DNA of 64,000 nt from Capsulimonadaceae bacterium (lineage in GTDB: Bacteria > Armatimonadota > Armatimonadia > Armatimonadales > Capsulimonadaceae): the NCBI GenBank assembly GCA_965215505.1, contig OZ244065.1, forward strand, positions 1 through 64,000, in the 5' to 3' direction. The translations under genes were made by a program, and so were the position numbers. Below the pieces are notes generated by a model. That model was not told the origin of the DNA and did not search any database. It saw only the letters and a list, made by a program, of their open reading frames with translations. Below, piece by piece: positions 19,358 to 28,387 of this stretch (within the stretch, counting starts at the first letter, position 1; every line of letters starts with the position of its first letter).

Positions 19358-19934
19358 GCTTGTAGGCTACGCTCAATCCTTTCCCGACTCCTACCACAAC
19401 ATGATCGAAGCCTGGGTGTGAGTCAATTGCCTCTAAGTAACTTGCGACCTCCTGCGGGTGTGAATGCACATTGTCAGCCAACACCAGAGCGTCCGACTCG
19501 AGGCGAGGCAAAAGCAATGGGAGCAGAGCCGTGTACTGCAAACGGTTAGCATCGAGAAACACAAGGTCGAAAGAGCCTGGTAGTCCTCCTAAAACGTCAC
19601 CGGCATCCCCTTGAAGAAGAGTGACATACTCGCGGAGGCCAGCCCGCTTCAGGTTGGATTCGGCCAACGCCTGTTTCTCCGCACTGTGTTCGATGCTGGT
19701 GACATGTCCAGCCACCCGTTGCGTAGCCGAAGCGAGCCAGATGGTGCTGTGTCCGTTGGATGTGCCAATCTCCAGCAGGCGCGTCCGGCGTCCGCTCTGG
19801 ATAAAGATGCTGATGAGTTGAGCCGTTTCGGTCTCCAAGTTCAGCATCTTTTTGTTGTGGGCCAACTCATGAGCGTCATGGACTTGTCCCCATGCTTCCA
19901 TCTCGGCGAGTACCTGTTGAATATGTTCATCCAC
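19350..19934 (-). CDS. class I SAM-dependent O-methyltransferase (YrrM-like)
   Basis: LEIGTSNG, FDLVFLDA and LADN motifs. Confidence 0.9.
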   Translation of the reverse strand: MDEHIQQVLAEMEAWGQVHDAHELAHNKKMLNLETETAQLISIFIQSGRRTRLLEIGTSNGHSTIWLASATQRVAGHVTSIEHSAEKQALAESNLKRAGLREYVTLLQGDAGDVLGGLPGSFDLVFLDANRLQYTALLPLLLPRLESDALVLADNVHSHPQEVASYLEAIDSHPGFDHVVVGVGKGLSVAYKRG

Positions 19935-19983
19935 AGCGCCTATTGTACCTCAATCTTCTTCCACCATTCAGGGCTGGGAACGC

Positions 19984-22983
19984 TCACAGCGCCTTGCGGA
20001 TCATCTCGCGGCAGACCGGAGCCGCCGCAGAGCGGCCGAAGCCCGCGTTCTCGACGATGCAGGCGAAGGCCAGGGTGGGGCGGTCGGCGGGGGCGAAGCC
20101 GACGAACCAGGAGTGGGTCCGGCCCTGGCCCTGGTTGTTCTGGGCGCTGCCCGTCTTGCCGGCGACCGACGCGGGCAGGCCGTCGAAAACGCCGGAGGCC
20201 GTGCCGCCGGGCCGCGTGACGGCGGCGAGCATTAGACGCATGTGGGCGGCCTGGTCCGGCGTCATGGCGGCCGTTCCCTCACTGATTTTGCCGCGCGTTT
20301 TCAGGAAGATGACGGGCAGAAGACGGCCGTTGTTCCCGACGGCCTGCGCGACGCGGGCCATCTCCAGCGGCGTCACCTGCACCGCGCCCTGACCATAGGC
20401 GCAGTCCGGCAGGTCCTCGCCGAGTCTGGCGACGGGGGGAAGGTGGGCCAGGCCGAACTGCGCGTGCCCGGTCTGGTACAGTGCCTTCGGCCCGAGGTCA
20501 ATGCCGAGATGGGCGAAGTAGACGTTGCACGAGACGCGCAGCGCCTTCGCCATGTCGGTCGCGCCGTGCGGCACGAAGCCCTCCTCGTCGGTGACGCGCC
20601 GCCGGGAGTAGTTCTGGCCGCCGAAGTGCCAGACGACGTTGGTGTCCGTGTGGTTGCAGGTGACGACCGTATTCCCCAAGCCATACGCCAGGCCCGCCGT
20701 GGCCGTGACGATCTTGAAGGACGAGCCGGGCGGGTACAGGCCGGACAGGGCGCGGTTGAAGGCAGGCCCGGCGGGCTGCTTTTGAAGCGCGTCCCATTCG
20801 TCCGCTGTTAGCGCCGCCGGGTCGAACGTAGGCAGGGAAGCGAGGGCCAGCACTTCGCCCGTCGCGACATTCAGCAGGACGGCCGCGCCTCTGTTCTGGG
20901 GCTGCCCGGTGTGCCGGTCCTTCACCCGCGCGGCGTAGGTGTGCAGGGCGTCGGTCGCCGCCTGCTGCAAGTCCCTGTCAATCGTCAGAGTCACATCTTG
21001 CCCGCGCGGCGTGTGGTGGAAGGGGAGGTTCTGCGTCCGGTAGGGGCCGAGCAGGTCCGGGTAGCTTGCGAACCCGCGCAGGCGGTCGTTCTGCCCCAGG
21101 GCGTTCCCCGCCGAGGCGGGCCTCTCGATGGCCCACACTGTCTGGGCGCAAGCCGCGCCGCCGGGGTAGACGCGCGGGCGGCCGTCGGGACAAAGCAGGG
21201 CCGTCTGCCCCGGCTCATCGTCCGAAACCGGCCCGCGCGCCAGCACCTGCCCGTTCCGGTCCTTGATCGTGCCGCGCGGGATGTCGGCGGCATAGGCCAG
21301 CAGGCGCGGGTTGATGTGGGCAGGCAGCGGTCCGCCCGGCACGGTGTCCCGGTCGGGGGTTCGCAGGAGCCGCGTGGCGATGCCCTCGTCGTGGATGCCC
21401 TGCACGTCGAACAGCCGCAGGACGCCGACGCCGAGCAGGAGGTAGGCGGCGCAGCCGACGGCCAGCGCCCGCGCCGTCCGCGACCACTCGGGCGTCGCCC
21501 GGTCCACGGCTGCGGACGGGAGCGTCCTGCCGGACAGGTGCAGCAACAGCCCGACGGCGAAGAACGAGGCGACCAGGGAGGACGCGCCGAACGAGACGAA
21601 CGGCAGGGTGATGCCGGTCAGCGGCGTCAGGCCGGAGACGCCGCCCAGGATGATCATGGCCTGGAAGCCGAGCAGCAGGGTCAGGCCCGCCGCCAGCAGC
21701 CGGTCAAAATCGGTGACGGCCCGCCGCGCGATGTGGAGGCCGCGCGCGATCAGCAGGCTGTAGACAGCCAGCAGGACCAGGGCACCGATCAGACCCGTTT
21801 GTTCCCCGTAGGTCGCGAAGATCGAGTCCGAGCCGGCGCGCGGCACGAACTCGGGCCGGCCCAGGCCCAGCCCGCTGCCCCACAGCCCGCCGGTCGCCAT
21901 GCCCCACAGCCCCTGCGCGAGCTGCGCCCCGTTCCGGTCGGCGTTGTCCCACGGGTGCAGCCACATGACGACGCGGGTGGCAAAGAACCCGAAGTGCAGC
22001 GCGTACCCCGCGCAGGCGGCGAGCAGCAGCAGGACGGTCCCGACGAGGGGATAGACGACGCGGCGCGTTGTCAAGTAGAGAAGGGCCAGGAAGACGCCGA
22101 ACAGCAGCACGGCCGGCCCGAGGTCCTTGACGACGAGGAAGAGGAACAGGCAGAAGGCGTAGACGCCCGCCAGCGGCCCGAAGTCGGCCAGCCGGGGCAG
22201 GGCGGCCTTGGCGTCTCCTAATGTCCCCTGCCGTTCGGCGAGATAGGAGGCGATAAATAGGACCAAGAGTATCTTGATGAATTCGACCGGCTCTACACCG
22301 AATAGCTGGATGTGGATGCCGCCCGGCCCGTGTCCCAGCACTAACAGCCCCAGCATCAGCAGCACGGCGGCCCCGGCATAGGCATACTTGTACCGGCGCA
22401 GGGGCAGCCGCCCGAAGGGCCGCGTCAGGGGCAGGAGCAGTGCGAGCAACCCATACAGCGCGACCCCCCACACCTGCCCCGTGAAGGCGAACGAGTCACG
22501 GTACGGGTCCTTGACGCTGTAGACCAGCATCAGCCCCAGGCCTGACAGCAGGGCCGTGAACGGCAGCAGGAACGGGTCGGCGGTCGGGGCGGTCTTCCGC
22601 AGGACGGCGTGAACCAGCCACCAGACAATGAGGAACGCCGCCGCCCCGCCCCAGAAGAGGTGCGAGACATCGGCAGGCGTCCGCGCGACGAACTTGTCGT
22701 CAATGTCCGCCGTCTGCACGTCTTTGAGGGCTTTCGCGTGGCGCAGGCCATAGACCGACGACCAGCCGCGCCCGCGCACCGTTACCAATGCGTGCGCCGT
22801 GTCCGGCCCGACCGAGAGCGCCTGGGCGAGCTGCGCCGCCGTCGCCGCGTTGATGTTGAACGGCTGGGCCGGATAGTCAGTCGTCGCCTTCTTGCCCAGG
22901 AAGACCAGGGCCAGCCCGAAGAGCAGCACGACCTGGACGGCGAGGAGCAGCAGGAATTCGGTTTTGCGGTTGGAAGATTTCAT
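19984..22983 (-). CDS. HhH + FtsW/RodA/SpoVE SEDS glycosyltransferase + class B PBP transpeptidase fusion
   Basis: SEDS motifs EPVEFIK, KDLGPA, DSIF and TGITLPFVSFG; transpeptidase motifs SSFK, SCN and KTG; N-terminal FNINAATAAQL...VGPDTA. Confidence 0.9.
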   Translation of the reverse strand: MKSSNRKTEFLLLLAVQVVLLFGLALVFLGKKATTDYPAQPFNINAATAAQLAQALSVGPDTAHALVTVRGRGWSSVYGLRHAKALKDVQTADIDDKFVARTPADVSHLFWGGAAAFLIVWWLVHAVLRKTAPTADPFLLPFTALLSGLGLMLVYSVKDPYRDSFAFTGQVWGVALYGLLALLLPLTRPFGRLPLRRYKYAYAGAAVLLMLGLLVLGHGPGGIHIQLFGVEPVEFIKILLVLFIASYLAERQGTLGDAKAALPRLADFGPLAGVYAFCLFLFLVVKDLGPAVLLFGVFLALLYLTTRRVVYPLVGTVLLLLAACAGYALHFGFFATRVVMWLHPWDNADRNGAQLAQGLWGMATGGLWGSGLGLGRPEFVPRAGSDSIFATYGEQTGLIGALVLLAVYSLLIARGLHIARRAVTDFDRLLAAGLTLLLGFQAMIILGGVSGLTPLTGITLPFVSFGASSLVASFFAVGLLLHLSGRTLPSAAVDRATPEWSRTARALAVGCAAYLLLGVGVLRLFDVQGIHDEGIATRLLRTPDRDTVPGGPLPAHINPRLLAYAADIPRGTIKDRNGQVLARGPVSDDEPGQTALLCPDGRPRVYPGGAACAQTVWAIERPASAGNALGQNDRLRGFASYPDLLGPYRTQNLPFHHTPRGQDVTLTIDRDLQQAATDALHTYAARVKDRHTGQPQNRGAAVLLNVATGEVLALASLPTFDPAALTADEWDALQKQPAGPAFNRALSGLYPPGSSFKIVTATAGLAYGLGNTVVTCNHTDTNVVWHFGGQNYSRRRVTDEEGFVPHGATDMAKALRVSCNVYFAHLGIDLGPKALYQTGHAQFGLAHLPPVARLGEDLPDCAYGQGAVQVTPLEMARVAQAVGNNGRLLPVIFLKTRGKISEGTAAMTPDQAAHMRLMLAAVTRPGGTASGVFDGLPASVAGKTGSAQNNQGQGRTHSWFVGFAPADRPTLAFACIVENAGFGRSAAAPVCREMIRKAL

Positions 22984-23023
22984 AAAGAGACGTAGCCATT
23001 ATGCCTGCGGGTACAATGGGGGC

Positions 23024-24031
23024 ATGGACCCGCTCGCCCGCAAGATCTCCGACTTCATCCAGGACACGCCCGCCACAGACGCCGCGTTTGAGGCGCTGGC
23101 GCTCGCCCAATTCAAACGGCAGTATGAGTGCTGCGCGCCCTATCGCCGCCTCTGCGACGGCCTAGGGCGGACGCCGGACCGCGTAAACCGCTGGCAGGAC
23201 ATCCCCGCCGTGCCCGCCCAGGCTTTCAAGGTCTATGACCTCTCCTGCGCCCCGATGTTTCAAACCGTCGCCGCCTTCCACTCGTCGGGGACGACCGGCG
23301 CGCAGACCAGCCGCCACTTCCTCGATGCCGACGCCCTGGCTCTCTATGAAACCAGCCTACGGGCCGGCTTTGACGCCGCATTCCCCGACCGTCCGCACCG
23401 CCTGTGGGCGCTGATGCCGGACCCCAGAACCGCGCCGCGTTCATCCCTCTCGCACATGCTGGGGACGCTGGACGCGGAGCGGTTCTACTGGGAGGATGAC
23501 GCCGCGCTGACCTCGGACCTTGCCGCACTGACGGAGCCAGTGACGCTGTTCGGCACCGCCTTCGCCTTCGTGCAGCTCTTTGATGGCACCGGTCAGAACT
23601 GGCGTCTGCCCGCCGGCAGCCTGATCATCGAGACGGGCGGCTTCAAAGGCCGGGCGCGCGAGGTGCCGCGCGAGGAGCTGTACGCCCTGTTCGGGACCCG
23701 TCTGGGCGTTCCAGCCGAGGACTGCCACAGCGAGTACGGCATGTCCGAGATGGCCTCCCAGTTCTACGGGCGCGGCCTGGACCCGGTCAAGCGCGGGCCG
23801 CATTGGGTGCGGACGCGGGCGATTGACCCCGAAACCGGCGAGGACGCCGCGCCGGGTACGCCGGGCCTATTGCGCCACTACGACCTGGCGAACTGGAACT
23901 CCGTCCAGGCTTTGCAGACGCAGGACCTGGGGACTCTGACGCCGGACGGCTTCGTCCTGCATGGCCGCGCCCCAGATGCCGAGGTGCGCGGCTGCTCGCT
24001 GACGGTGGAAGAGCTATGGACGAAAGCGTAG
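23024..24031 (+). CDS. LuxE-family acyl-protein synthetase
   Basis: FHSSGTTG, IETGGFKGR, SEYGMSE, TQDLG and GRA...RGCS motifs. Confidence 0.88.
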   Translation: MDPLARKISDFIQDTPATDAAFEALALAQFKRQYECCAPYRRLCDGLGRTPDRVNRWQDIPAVPAQAFKVYDLSCAPMFQTVAAFHSSGTTGAQTSRHFLDADALALYETSLRAGFDAAFPDRPHRLWALMPDPRTAPRSSLSHMLGTLDAERFYWEDDAALTSDLAALTEPVTLFGTAFAFVQLFDGTGQNWRLPAGSLIIETGGFKGRAREVPREELYALFGTRLGVPAEDCHSEYGMSEMASQFYGRGLDPVKRGPHWVRTRAIDPETGEDAAPGTPGLLRHYDLANWNSVQALQTQDLGTLTPDGFVLHGRAPDAEVRGCSLTVEELWTKA

Positions 24032-25284
24032 ACGGCATCATGGCGGCACTCGCGCGGCTCCGGCAGCGGCACGCGGATGTCCTTGCGCCGATGCCGCAGG
24101 CGGAGGTCGTCAGCAGCCTGATGGAGTGGGCGGGCCTCTGGCGTGACCCGACCTATCCGCCGCGCGTGAAAGCCCAGACGTGGCAGGAGCCGTTCCCGTT
24201 CGCGATGGTGCAAGTCAGTCTGGATGCCCTGCTGGACTCGCTGACTACGGAGTCCCTATGGGCGCTCATTGACGCCGAGGATATGCGGGATGCCCAGGGA
24301 TACCCAGTTGTCGGCCATGTCATCGCGGGCAACACGCCGCTGCTGGCCTGGGTCAGCATCATCCGCGCCCTGCTCGTTCGCAGCGCCTCTTTCGTGAAAT
24401 TGCCCTCCGGCCCGGCGTCGGAGTGGGCCAAGCTCTTCTGCCACTCGCTTTTCCAGGTTTCGCCTAACCTACGCTTCTGTGTCGAACTGGCGGAGTGGCC
24501 GGGCGGCACGACGGAACTAGACGCCGCGCTTTGCGCTGGGGTGGACCTCGTCATGGCGCACGGCGGCAATGCGACGATGCAGGCCCTACACGCCCTCTGC
24601 CCACCTCAGACACCCTTCGTCGGCTACGGCCACCGCGTCTCATACGGGTTGGTGACACGCGGGAACGGCACGGCGGAAGCCGCCGTAGGCTTTGCTAGAG
24701 ACGTGCTGCTTTATGACCAGGGCGGCTGCCTCTCCCCGCAGACTGTCTTCGTGGAAGGCGGTTGGGAAGACACACTGGCCTTTGCCGAACGTCTGGCGGC
24801 GGCCCTGCCCGATGCGGCGGCGCGCTACCCGCTGCCCGTCCGCGCTGATCGGGCTGGGGCCGCTGTCCGGGAGGCGCGCGCCCTGGCCTTGATGGGGGAG
24901 GGGAACCGTCTGTGGGAGGACCCCGGCCTGCGCTGGACCGTCATCGCCCGCCCACAATCCGTGTTCGCCCCCTCGCCGACGTTCGGCGTCGTGTCAGTCC
25001 AGCCGCTCGCCGCCCTCGAAGACCTGCCGGAAGCCCTCGCACCCGTCGCCGGGTATTTGCAGGGCTGCGCCGTAGCGGGCGAGGAGGACGACTACATCCC
25101 CCGCGTCTCCTACCTCTGCAAGCCGGGCGAACTCCAGGCCCCGCCTTTGTCGTGGCGGCAGGACGGGCGGGACGTGCTGCGCGTCCTGACCCCGCCGCAT
25201 CACTACAGGGCCGACGGCATCACCACGAGTTGCGTCCCCGATGGCAGTGTCTCCGGGGAGACTTCCAGCGTCGAGGAGGCGTGA
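24016..25284 (+). CDS. LuxC-family acyl-CoA reductase
   Basis: HVIAGNTP, GYGHRVS and YDQGGCLSP motifs; overlaps the luxE-like gene. Confidence 0.85.
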   Translation: MDESVDGIMAALARLRQRHADVLAPMPQAEVVSSLMEWAGLWRDPTYPPRVKAQTWQEPFPFAMVQVSLDALLDSLTTESLWALIDAEDMRDAQGYPVVGHVIAGNTPLLAWVSIIRALLVRSASFVKLPSGPASEWAKLFCHSLFQVSPNLRFCVELAEWPGGTTELDAALCAGVDLVMAHGGNATMQALHALCPPQTPFVGYGHRVSYGLVTRGNGTAEAAVGFARDVLLYDQGGCLSPQTVFVEGGWEDTLAFAERLAAALPDAAARYPLPVRADRAGAAVREARALALMGEGNRLWEDPGLRWTVIARPQSVFAPSPTFGVVSVQPLAALEDLPEALAPVAGYLQGCAVAGEEDDYIPRVSYLCKPGELQAPPLSWRQDGRDVLRVLTPPHHYRADGITTSCVPDGSVSGETSSVEEA

Positions 25285-25892
25285 TGGACGACCTGGGCGG
25301 GGCCGAACAGGGCCAGCAGATCGTCCACGGGCCGCAGGTTCAGGTTGCTCTTGCCGTTCTGGTAGTGCATGGGGATCACGATCCGGGGCCGGATCAGGTC
25401 AATCGCCGCCTTCAGGTCGGGGACCGGTACCGTCGGCGGTCCGCCGGCCACGGCGAGGAAGACGTCTATGCCCCGTATCGCCTCCGCCTCGGCGGGCGTC
25501 AGGGCGTGGCCCAGGTCGCCCGAGTGGCAGACCGAGACGCCGCCCAGCGTGAAGTAGGGCATCGAGACGGGCACGTCGCGGGCGGGCGACTCCCACACCT
25601 GCACCCCCCGGAAGTGGACGCCGTGCGCCTCCGTACCCTCGGGACCGTGGGCGAAGTCCAGGCCGTTCAGCCGGACGGGGGTGCCCGAGGCGGCCTCCCA
25701 GTGGCTGTGGTACTTCGGGTTGAGGTGGCTGACCAGCACGACATCGGCCACCGTGTTGATCGGCCCATAGGCACCCGCATCGGGAGCGCGGTAGGGGTCC
25801 AGCAGCACGCGCGCCGTCTCGGTTTGGAGCAGGAAGGCCGCATGGCCGAGCCAGGTGATTTTGAGACTCATGGTGCCTATTGGATTCATCAC
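25203..25892 (-). CDS. MBL-fold metallo-hydrolase (UlaG-like)
   Basis: ITWLGHAAF, LLDPY, HSGDLG and IPMHY motifs; the HxHxDH motif is degenerate (HLNPKYH). Confidence 0.85.
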   Translation of the reverse strand: MMNPIGTMSLKITWLGHAAFLLQTETARVLLDPYRAPDAGAYGPINTVADVVLVSHLNPKYHSHWEAASGTPVRLNGLDFAHGPEGTEAHGVHFRGVQVWESPARDVPVSMPYFTLGGVSVCHSGDLGHALTPAEAEAIRGIDVFLAVAGGPPTVPVPDLKAAIDLIRPRIVIPMHYQNGKSNLNLRPVDDLLALFGPAQVVHHASSTLEVSPETLPSGTQLVVMPSAL

Positions 25893-25986
25893 GCCGGTAG
25901 ATTTTCCTGCATTTTCAGGTATAATCAGCCGATAATCGTTTTATATCATGGGTGCCGACCCAAACACTGCGGGAGTTACTTAATCT

Positions 25987-26328
25987 TTGAACGCCGCTCA
26001 ACTCACCATTTCCCAGCGCCAGGACACTAAAGGCGCCGTGATCGAGGCAATCGGGGAAGTGGATCTGACCACCGCCCCGCAGCTCCGGGAGGCCCTGATG
26101 GCCGCGATCAACGGTGCGGAAAAGTCGCCGCTCATCGTGGACCTCAGCCGCGTGGACTTCATTGACAGCGCCGGCCTCGCCCTTCTGGTGGAAGCGCGGA
26201 AGAAGCTCGCGCCGGAGGGCCGCGCGCTGAATGTCCTGCTCACGCCCAGCCGCCAGCCGGAGCGGGTCCTGAAGCTCGGGCGCTTCGACACGATCATGAA
26301 CCTGGCCTACAGCCTGGGCGAACTGTAA
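25987..26328 (+). CDS. STAS domain anti-sigma factor antagonist
   Basis: GEVDLTTAPQL and DLSRVDFIDSAGL motifs. Confidence 0.9.
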   Translation: MNAAQLTISQRQDTKGAVIEAIGEVDLTTAPQLREALMAAINGAEKSPLIVDLSRVDFIDSAGLALLVEARKKLAPEGRALNVLLTPSRQPERVLKLGRFDTIMNLAYSLGEL

Positions 26329-26348
26329 TCAATCCCCCCGATCATTTT

Positions 26349-26612
26349 ATGGCAAAACAAACACAGACTGTGACCGGCACGGGCGCGGGCACACAGGGCC
26401 AGACCGGCGAAGAAGCGCGGTCCCTGCCCGAAGACGTCACCGTCCCCGGCTACATCGACCCCATCGTGGGCCGCGTCGCCCACCGGGACGTCATCGGCTA
26501 CTACGGCTTCCCGCTGATCCGGGCGGGCGAGACGGTCACGCGCGAGATCCTCGCCCGTGCCCACAGCATGTCCCGCCTGTTCGAGCTGCAAGCCGCCACC
26601 GAAGAGGAGTAG
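26349..26612 (+). CDS. hypothetical protein
   Basis: 87-aa ORF, co-directional with neighbours, with GC3-biased codons. Confidence 0.6.
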   Translation: MAKQTQTVTGTGAGTQGQTGEEARSLPEDVTVPGYIDPIVGRVAHRDVIGYYGFPLIRAGETVTREILARAHSMSRLFELQAATEEE

Positions 26613-26639
26613 CGTCCGCCGGACGACGATCTGACGACC

Positions 26640-26909
26640 ATGAACGAACGGGACTACCAGCAGAACAACGGTGGCAGCGGCGTTGCCGTCGCCCTGCTCC
26701 TCGGCCTCCTCGTGGGTGCCGCCGCCCTGCTCCTCGCCACCGAGCCTGGCAAGCGCGTCCTCGTCCAGTTCTCGGACCGCACCGAGGAGTGGAAGGCGCA
26801 GGCCGCCGCCGCCGTCGCCGAGACGCGCGAAACCCTGGTCAGCTCGGTCGAAGCCCAAACACCCCCCACCTCCGACAGCGGCCCCGGCCGTGTCCGCGAA
26901 TACCTCTGA
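26640..26909 (+). CDS. YtxH-like protein
   Basis: LLGLLVGAAALLLATEPGK pattern. Confidence 0.7.
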   Translation: MNERDYQQNNGGSGVAVALLLGLLVGAAALLLATEPGKRVLVQFSDRTEEWKAQAAAAVAETRETLVSSVEAQTPPTSDSGPGRVREYL

Positions 26910-27084
26910 TCTCTATCTCCCCTCGAACTTGTTCCCCGTTTGACGTGCCGGTCACCTGACTATTTGGGTAAGATGCCGCCAGAGGCAGTCGTGCCGCTGC
27001 TTCTCCCCATACTTCTCTGGAGGTGACCCTGTCAGACGACTGACTCCACGAACAGAATCCGCACGGCCACTATCCGAAGCCCTA

Positions 27085-27680
27085 TCACTGGGGCCGACCG
27101 GGGCATTGGGTGTGCCGCCGCTATTGCCTTCGTCCGCTTGGAGGTGGATGTCGCCATCACCTACCGGTGGAAGAAGACGCCCGCGAGGTCCTGAGCCTGA
27201 TCACGAAGCCGGAGCGCGTGGCCGTCGTGGTGCCGGGAGACGTCACGAGCGAAGCGCTCTGCATTCCCATCGTCGCGACCGCCGTTCGCGGCCTGGGCGC
27301 TTGGATATCCTGGCGAACAATCCCGCCGCACACGTCATCGGGCCGGCCAGCGCGGACATGACTGCGGAGCAGTTCGACGAGTCGGTGAAGGCGACGCTTT
27401 GTACGCTCCTGTGGATCACGCGGGCGGCCATGCCCTACCTCGGTCCGGGGGCGGCCGTCGTCAACACGGCCTCAGTGCAGGCTTACAACCCGTCACACCA
27501 GGCTATCGTGGACTAACCCGCGACGGAGGATGGTATCGAGGACTCTACCAGGCAGGTGGCGCGGTATCTGATCGAGAAACGGATCCGCGTTAACGCCATC
27601 GTGTCGGGGTCCTTCTGGACTCCCCAGCAGCCGAATGAAGGCTTTGATACGAATCATCTCCCATGGCCGCCTCATGCCTG
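27085..27680 (+). pseudogene. YghA/YhdF-like SDR oxidoreductase pseudogene
   Basis: ITGADRGIG, VPGDVT, LDILANN, VNTASVQAY and IRVNAI...WTP are spread over different frames; TAA at 27514-27516 sits where the catalytic Tyr is expected. Confidence 0.8.
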
Positions 27681-27724
27681 AGCCTGTCACACCCTCAGCC
27701 CTCCCACAGAAAAATTTTCGCCCG

Positions 27725-27754
27725 TTGACATGGATGGTTAATTAAGTCTATAAT
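27725..27754 (+). promoter_or_regulatory. sigma70 promoter
   Basis: TTGACA-N18-TATAAT with a TTAATTAA palindrome in the spacer. Confidence 0.6.
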
Positions 27755-27784
27755 TAAACATCTCAACGGAAGGGAACAACGCAC

Positions 27785-28360
27785 TTGCCGCCACATGGTC
27801 CTCACCATCCGCCTCGCCGTGGTCCGCACCATCCTCTGGAGCCGCCGCGCCGCCCAGGGCGACCGCCGAGTGTTGGGGCCGACACGCCGCTCAACGTCAA
27901 GATCAGCCAGGACGAGCTGGCGCTCCTGGATGACTGCGCCGCGCGGCTCTCCGTCAGCCGTGCCGAGGCCGTCCGCCGGGGCCTGCGGCTGCTCCAAGGG
28001 GCGACCGGGGGCAGCCCGGTTGCGCTGACCGAGGGCCTGCCGCCGGACGTCGCGCCCAAGCGAAGACTGCCTGCCCTCCCCCTCTCCTGGCCGGACGCTG
28101 GTGGGACCGGTGTCGCCGCGAGTGCGGACGCCCTGTACTCCGAGCTGAACACGACCCCCGCGAGCGTCACGCGCGGCCAGCTCGAAACATTGCTCCAGTC
28201 CGTTCTGCTGGCGACCGGGTCGCATTTCCCGTGTCTCTACTTGCTGGACTGCCTGCGCCTGCACGCCCTAGCGACGGGCGGGATTTTGGCGTCGCCCGAA
28301 GCTGCCGCCCGTTTCGCCGGTCTCATCCAGGTGCGCGGTGGTGCGAAAGAGGCCGCCTGA
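27785..28360 (+). CDS. ribbon-helix-helix (CopG-like) domain protein
   Basis: GRPP...LNVKISQDELALLD...SRAEAVRRGL; TTG start after an RBS. Confidence 0.7.
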   Translation: MPPHGPHHPPRRGPHHPLEPPRRPGRPPSVGADTPLNVKISQDELALLDDCAARLSVSRAEAVRRGLRLLQGATGGSPVALTEGLPPDVAPKRRLPALPLSWPDAGGTGVAASADALYSELNTTPASVTRGQLETLLQSVLLATGSHFPCLYLLDCLRLHALATGGILASPEAAARFAGLIQVRGGAKEAA

Positions 28361-28387
28361 CCGCGCCACGCGGCACAGGGTATCGGC

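Noticed and set aside
23024-25284. Bioluminescence operon
   Set aside because: No luxA, luxB or luxD in the window.
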